Positions 60,961 to 64,000 of a DNA stretch of 64,000 nucleotides are shown piece after piece. Every line of letters begins with the position of its first letter. Position 1 is the first letter of the stretch. The position numbers were made by a program, and so were the translations under genes. The notes beneath the pieces are model-generated. The model searched no databases. It worked only from the letters and a program-made list of their open reading frames with translations, and had not been told where the DNA came from. This DNA comes from Diadema setosum (taxonomy: Eukaryota): NCBI RefSeq assembly GCF_964275005.1, contig NC_092698.1, positions 38,664,639 through 38,728,638 of the forward strand. Direction: 5' to 3'.

Positions 60961-62632
60961 TGCTTCTCTTTCTGTCTCCCATCAAGAATCCACGACTTTT
61001 GCTATTCACGCTTTCCCCTTGACTCTCCTATGCAGTGTCAAAGTTCACCAAAAGACTTTATGGACTGCTCTCCATAACAACATCTGAACCAACCAGCATC
61101 TCTACCTGAGCAGCGAGTGGGGTTGGGTTCATGCTCGTGGTTGGTTGGGTCAAGGGTCAATTTTCCTCTACTCCCCTCCCCCCCCCCCCCCCCACCCCAT
61201 ACCATTGCAAGCAAACATCACCTGCTGACTGTCGGCAGCACTCATGTTATACTTCCCGATGAGACACAAGAATTTCTGAAAAGGCCGCGTCCTCAACTCC
61301 CCGGAAATAACAAGGCCAGAATAAAACGTGCCGCAAGAAGTTGCACCCTTATCTTTAGAAATGTTTCTTTACATTTTTAAACCGATCGAAATGTCATTAC
61401 GCTATGTTTTACATATCATTCATATTTCCGATTTGATATTGTGGGTTTGTTTTTTTCTCCTGAAATCAACTCACTAGATATAGCAAAGACTAAATGAGAT
61501 TACAAACCCATCATTAAAACTTACTACTAAGCAAACAAAATCACTTCCTGTGTCATTTTAGATCAAGATGCAATTTCATCAGAAATGTATAGTGAGGAAA
61601 AGTAATAAATAAAAAAAAAATGATATACGCTGTATAAGAGATAACACCTGCACACATAAAATAGACGTTCATTAAAGTTCCAATCTCTATCTAATTTGCA
61701 TTTGCATATCCAGATATCTAGTTGACATCACAAAACCCAGGACAGAAAACCCATCTCTCTCTCCTATTTACTTTTATTCGCCACATACCTCTCAGTTTTC
61801 GTCCTGACAATTGCGTCGTCGAATCGTTTAAGTGATGCGCTACAAAATTTAGCAACTAAGAGATCAATCGAACGTCATATTACCAAGTATACTTTTTCCT
61901 TATTTCCGGGCTGCCGTCGATGCAAAAGTAACTCCACCACTAGTAGAGCACCACCTTCCAGTTCGATGGCATTTCATTACCTTCCGAGATCATATGGACA
62001 GTCATAATCAAATTAGTTTTGAAATTTGCTGCTGCAATAACCCAATAAATGTATCCAGTTTCTCGAGGATTTAACATAAGGGAATCGCACTTTTGCAAAT
62101 GAAAAAGTGGAAAACACTGAAGGAAAATGCCAGCACAACGGAAGAAATGCGGCGGGAGGAGAAAAATAGACAGCTGAATAGCTGGTAGGATAGGAAGATG
62201 AATAGCTGAGTAAATGTAACAATATAGATTAATATGAAGATAGAGAAATTGGTATATAAAGAGAAACGTGTGTTCATTATGCGATGATGGCCGAAAATCA
62301 GAAGGAAGATACAAGAAAATCATAGGAATTATTCTTCCAAAAGCTCAAAAGAGACAGATGAAGTATGATATTACACTTTGACGACTGTTAGACTGACAAG
62401 AGTAAGAGCTATGATCAAAAGTAATTGCATTACCATGGGGATGTGACGTAACGTGAGCTTAACGGTGTGAATCTCGCCAGAGCATATTTTGATTGCTAAT
62501 TATGCGTACAAAATAATTGTATTCCCTTGAGCTTTGATTGTAGGAGTTTAATGAAGACTTCTGGCTATTTTGCATGTAATTATGTGCACGTGTTCTAGTT
62601 TCAATTCTCCCAATACAATAAACTAGACTTAA

Positions 62633-62778
62633 CAGTGGCGGATCCAGAGGGACGCACCGGGTGTGCGTCCCCTCTTTATTTATTTATTTTTTTTTGGTTA
62701 AAAACAAAAGAAATAAAAAGAAAAAATGGGGGTGGGGGGCGTGCGCCCCCCTTTAATTTTGTAAAAGCTCCTCCCCAT
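62633..62778. mobile_element. Small (about 146 bp) palindromic MITE-like element (cagtggcggatccag ... ctggatccgcccctg) with internal GC hairpins
   Basis: 15-bp TIR with 1 mismatch; internal palindromes gggacgcaccgggtgtgcgtccc and gggcgtgcgcccc. Confidence 0.45.
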
Positions 62779-63084
62779 TACTGAATTCCTGGATCCGCCC
62801 CTGTACACATAATCATTATGACCACTGTCAGGAATATATTCACTTTTTACTTGCCTACTCATACAGACAATTCAAAGAGATACAAAAGTGCATGCAAACA
62901 CACAAACTTTCAAATGCGATGTCCTTTCATGTAATGACAATAAGACAAACTCTCATCATTATAAAAGCGAAGAAGGAACATGCATGTCTGACACATACGA
63001 AAAGACGTTTTATATACAAACAGCTATTGTATCAGTTAAGACCAAATTATCACTTAGGATGGGATATGACAACTGATGTCATCT

Positions 63085-63091
63085 TCATGTG

Positions 63092-63157
<66 letters not shown>

Positions 63158-63160
63158 CAC
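63085..63160. repeat. (TA)n microsatellite (about 75 bp)
   Basis: seen directly. Confidence 0.9.
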
Positions 63161-64000
63161 ACTGGCGGGCCAATAATTTTGTGAATAAAAACCTTGTTGG
63201 AACTACTATTGGCGTACTTGAGACTCCTTCTTCTTCTTCGTGTTATGTATATTATATATATTATATATACATATATGTGTGTGTGTATTTATTTGATGAT
63301 GAAGGACTAACAAAACATTAATGTTTATTAGTGCATCGGTCTTTGTAATCTAGATCATTCCATTTACGTTAGATTATCACCCAATGTCCCATTGTGTACC
63401 TTTAGTTGCAGGCTGTATTACAGTAAATCGCTCCTTTGGGGCTGAAATTGCGTCTTGAATAATGAATGGTTGGATTCTAATGACTGCGATTTCCTTGCCC
63501 CGTGTTAATGGCTAGAGCTCTCTCTAATTACCATCTTTCCCCATCGCATCGTTGTCGCTCCGTCCCTCGAGATGTCTATGGCGACACAGTAAATCCCCTC
63601 TATCCAAACACTGATCCCACGGAGGGTAGAATCAGAGCCGACACAAGGTTATACTCATTTTCCTCAAGCCCAACGCAAACTCTGGTCATCTACACTGCAT
63701 GACTCCCATTTGTACAATAATTTTTTTTTTAAAATGACGACTTTGAGAAACAATGTTAATTTGTTGTAATCAGTTGTTAAGTAATCGAAGAAATGATTCA
63801 AGTTTTGGAAAAAAAAAACCAACATGATTAAATGATTGATTGACTGTACAAATCCGCTTCAATGACCAACTAAGATACAGAGTGTATTAATAGCGATAAG
63901 ATAAAGTAAGAGACGATTTAATGGACCAAACCATACGAAATCTATACTCACTGGGATCTGTCAGGCAATTGTCAGGGAACAATTTTTCAAACTTCAATGG

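Overview
This window is animal nuclear DNA: AT-rich and dense in microsatellites and MITEs, with an invertebrate-deuterostome-like gene repertoire. No prokaryotic-type systems (CRISPR arrays, operons) are present.

- **LINE fragment (1-2680, +).** The 3' part of a degenerate LINE. Its pol frame (81-2151) is broken by an in-frame TAA at 750-752, it carries an RT domain with a FADD box, and it ends in an (AAATC)n tail.
- **Cholinesterase-like gene (minus strand, CDS 11991 down to 4132, 10 exons).** A carboxylesterase type-B gene with a signal peptide, the motifs EDCLYLNV, FIHGGGF and FGESAG, an intact Ser/Glu/His triad, and a terminal WAT (T-peptide) exon. A CCAAT/TATA pair sits about 190 bp upstream of its ATG.
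- **Intergenic region (12.2-22 kb).** About 8-10 kb full of tandem and segmental duplications. The 5' end of the cholinesterase gene faces the 5' end of the next gene (head-to-head).
- **PARP4 (vault PARP)-like gene (plus strand, at least 25 exons, 22013-46184).** It encodes a PARP regulatory/helical region, a PARP catalytic region, a VIT domain, a VWA domain, and a C-terminal region resembling the vertebrate PARP4 MVP-interaction domain. One 1.6-kb exon carries about 19 tandem coding repeats of an 'AEPVM(L/M)' unit. The 5' (BRCT-region) exons were not found.
- **DDC/HDC-like decarboxylase gene start (54.7-55.35 kb, plus).** A TATATAA box precedes a 5'UTR exon that contains an ATG giving MDAEEYRKRG and then a GTGAGT donor.
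- **Repeats.** Several MITE families are present: one with TTAA target-site duplications (3 copies), and three with TA duplications and internal short tandem arrays. There is also a SINE-like repeat pair, a CpG-rich element carrying a CACGTG array, many microsatellites, and G/C homopolymer tracts.

All exon coordinates were hand-derived from splice motifs and reading-frame/phase bookkeeping, and may be off by a few bases.
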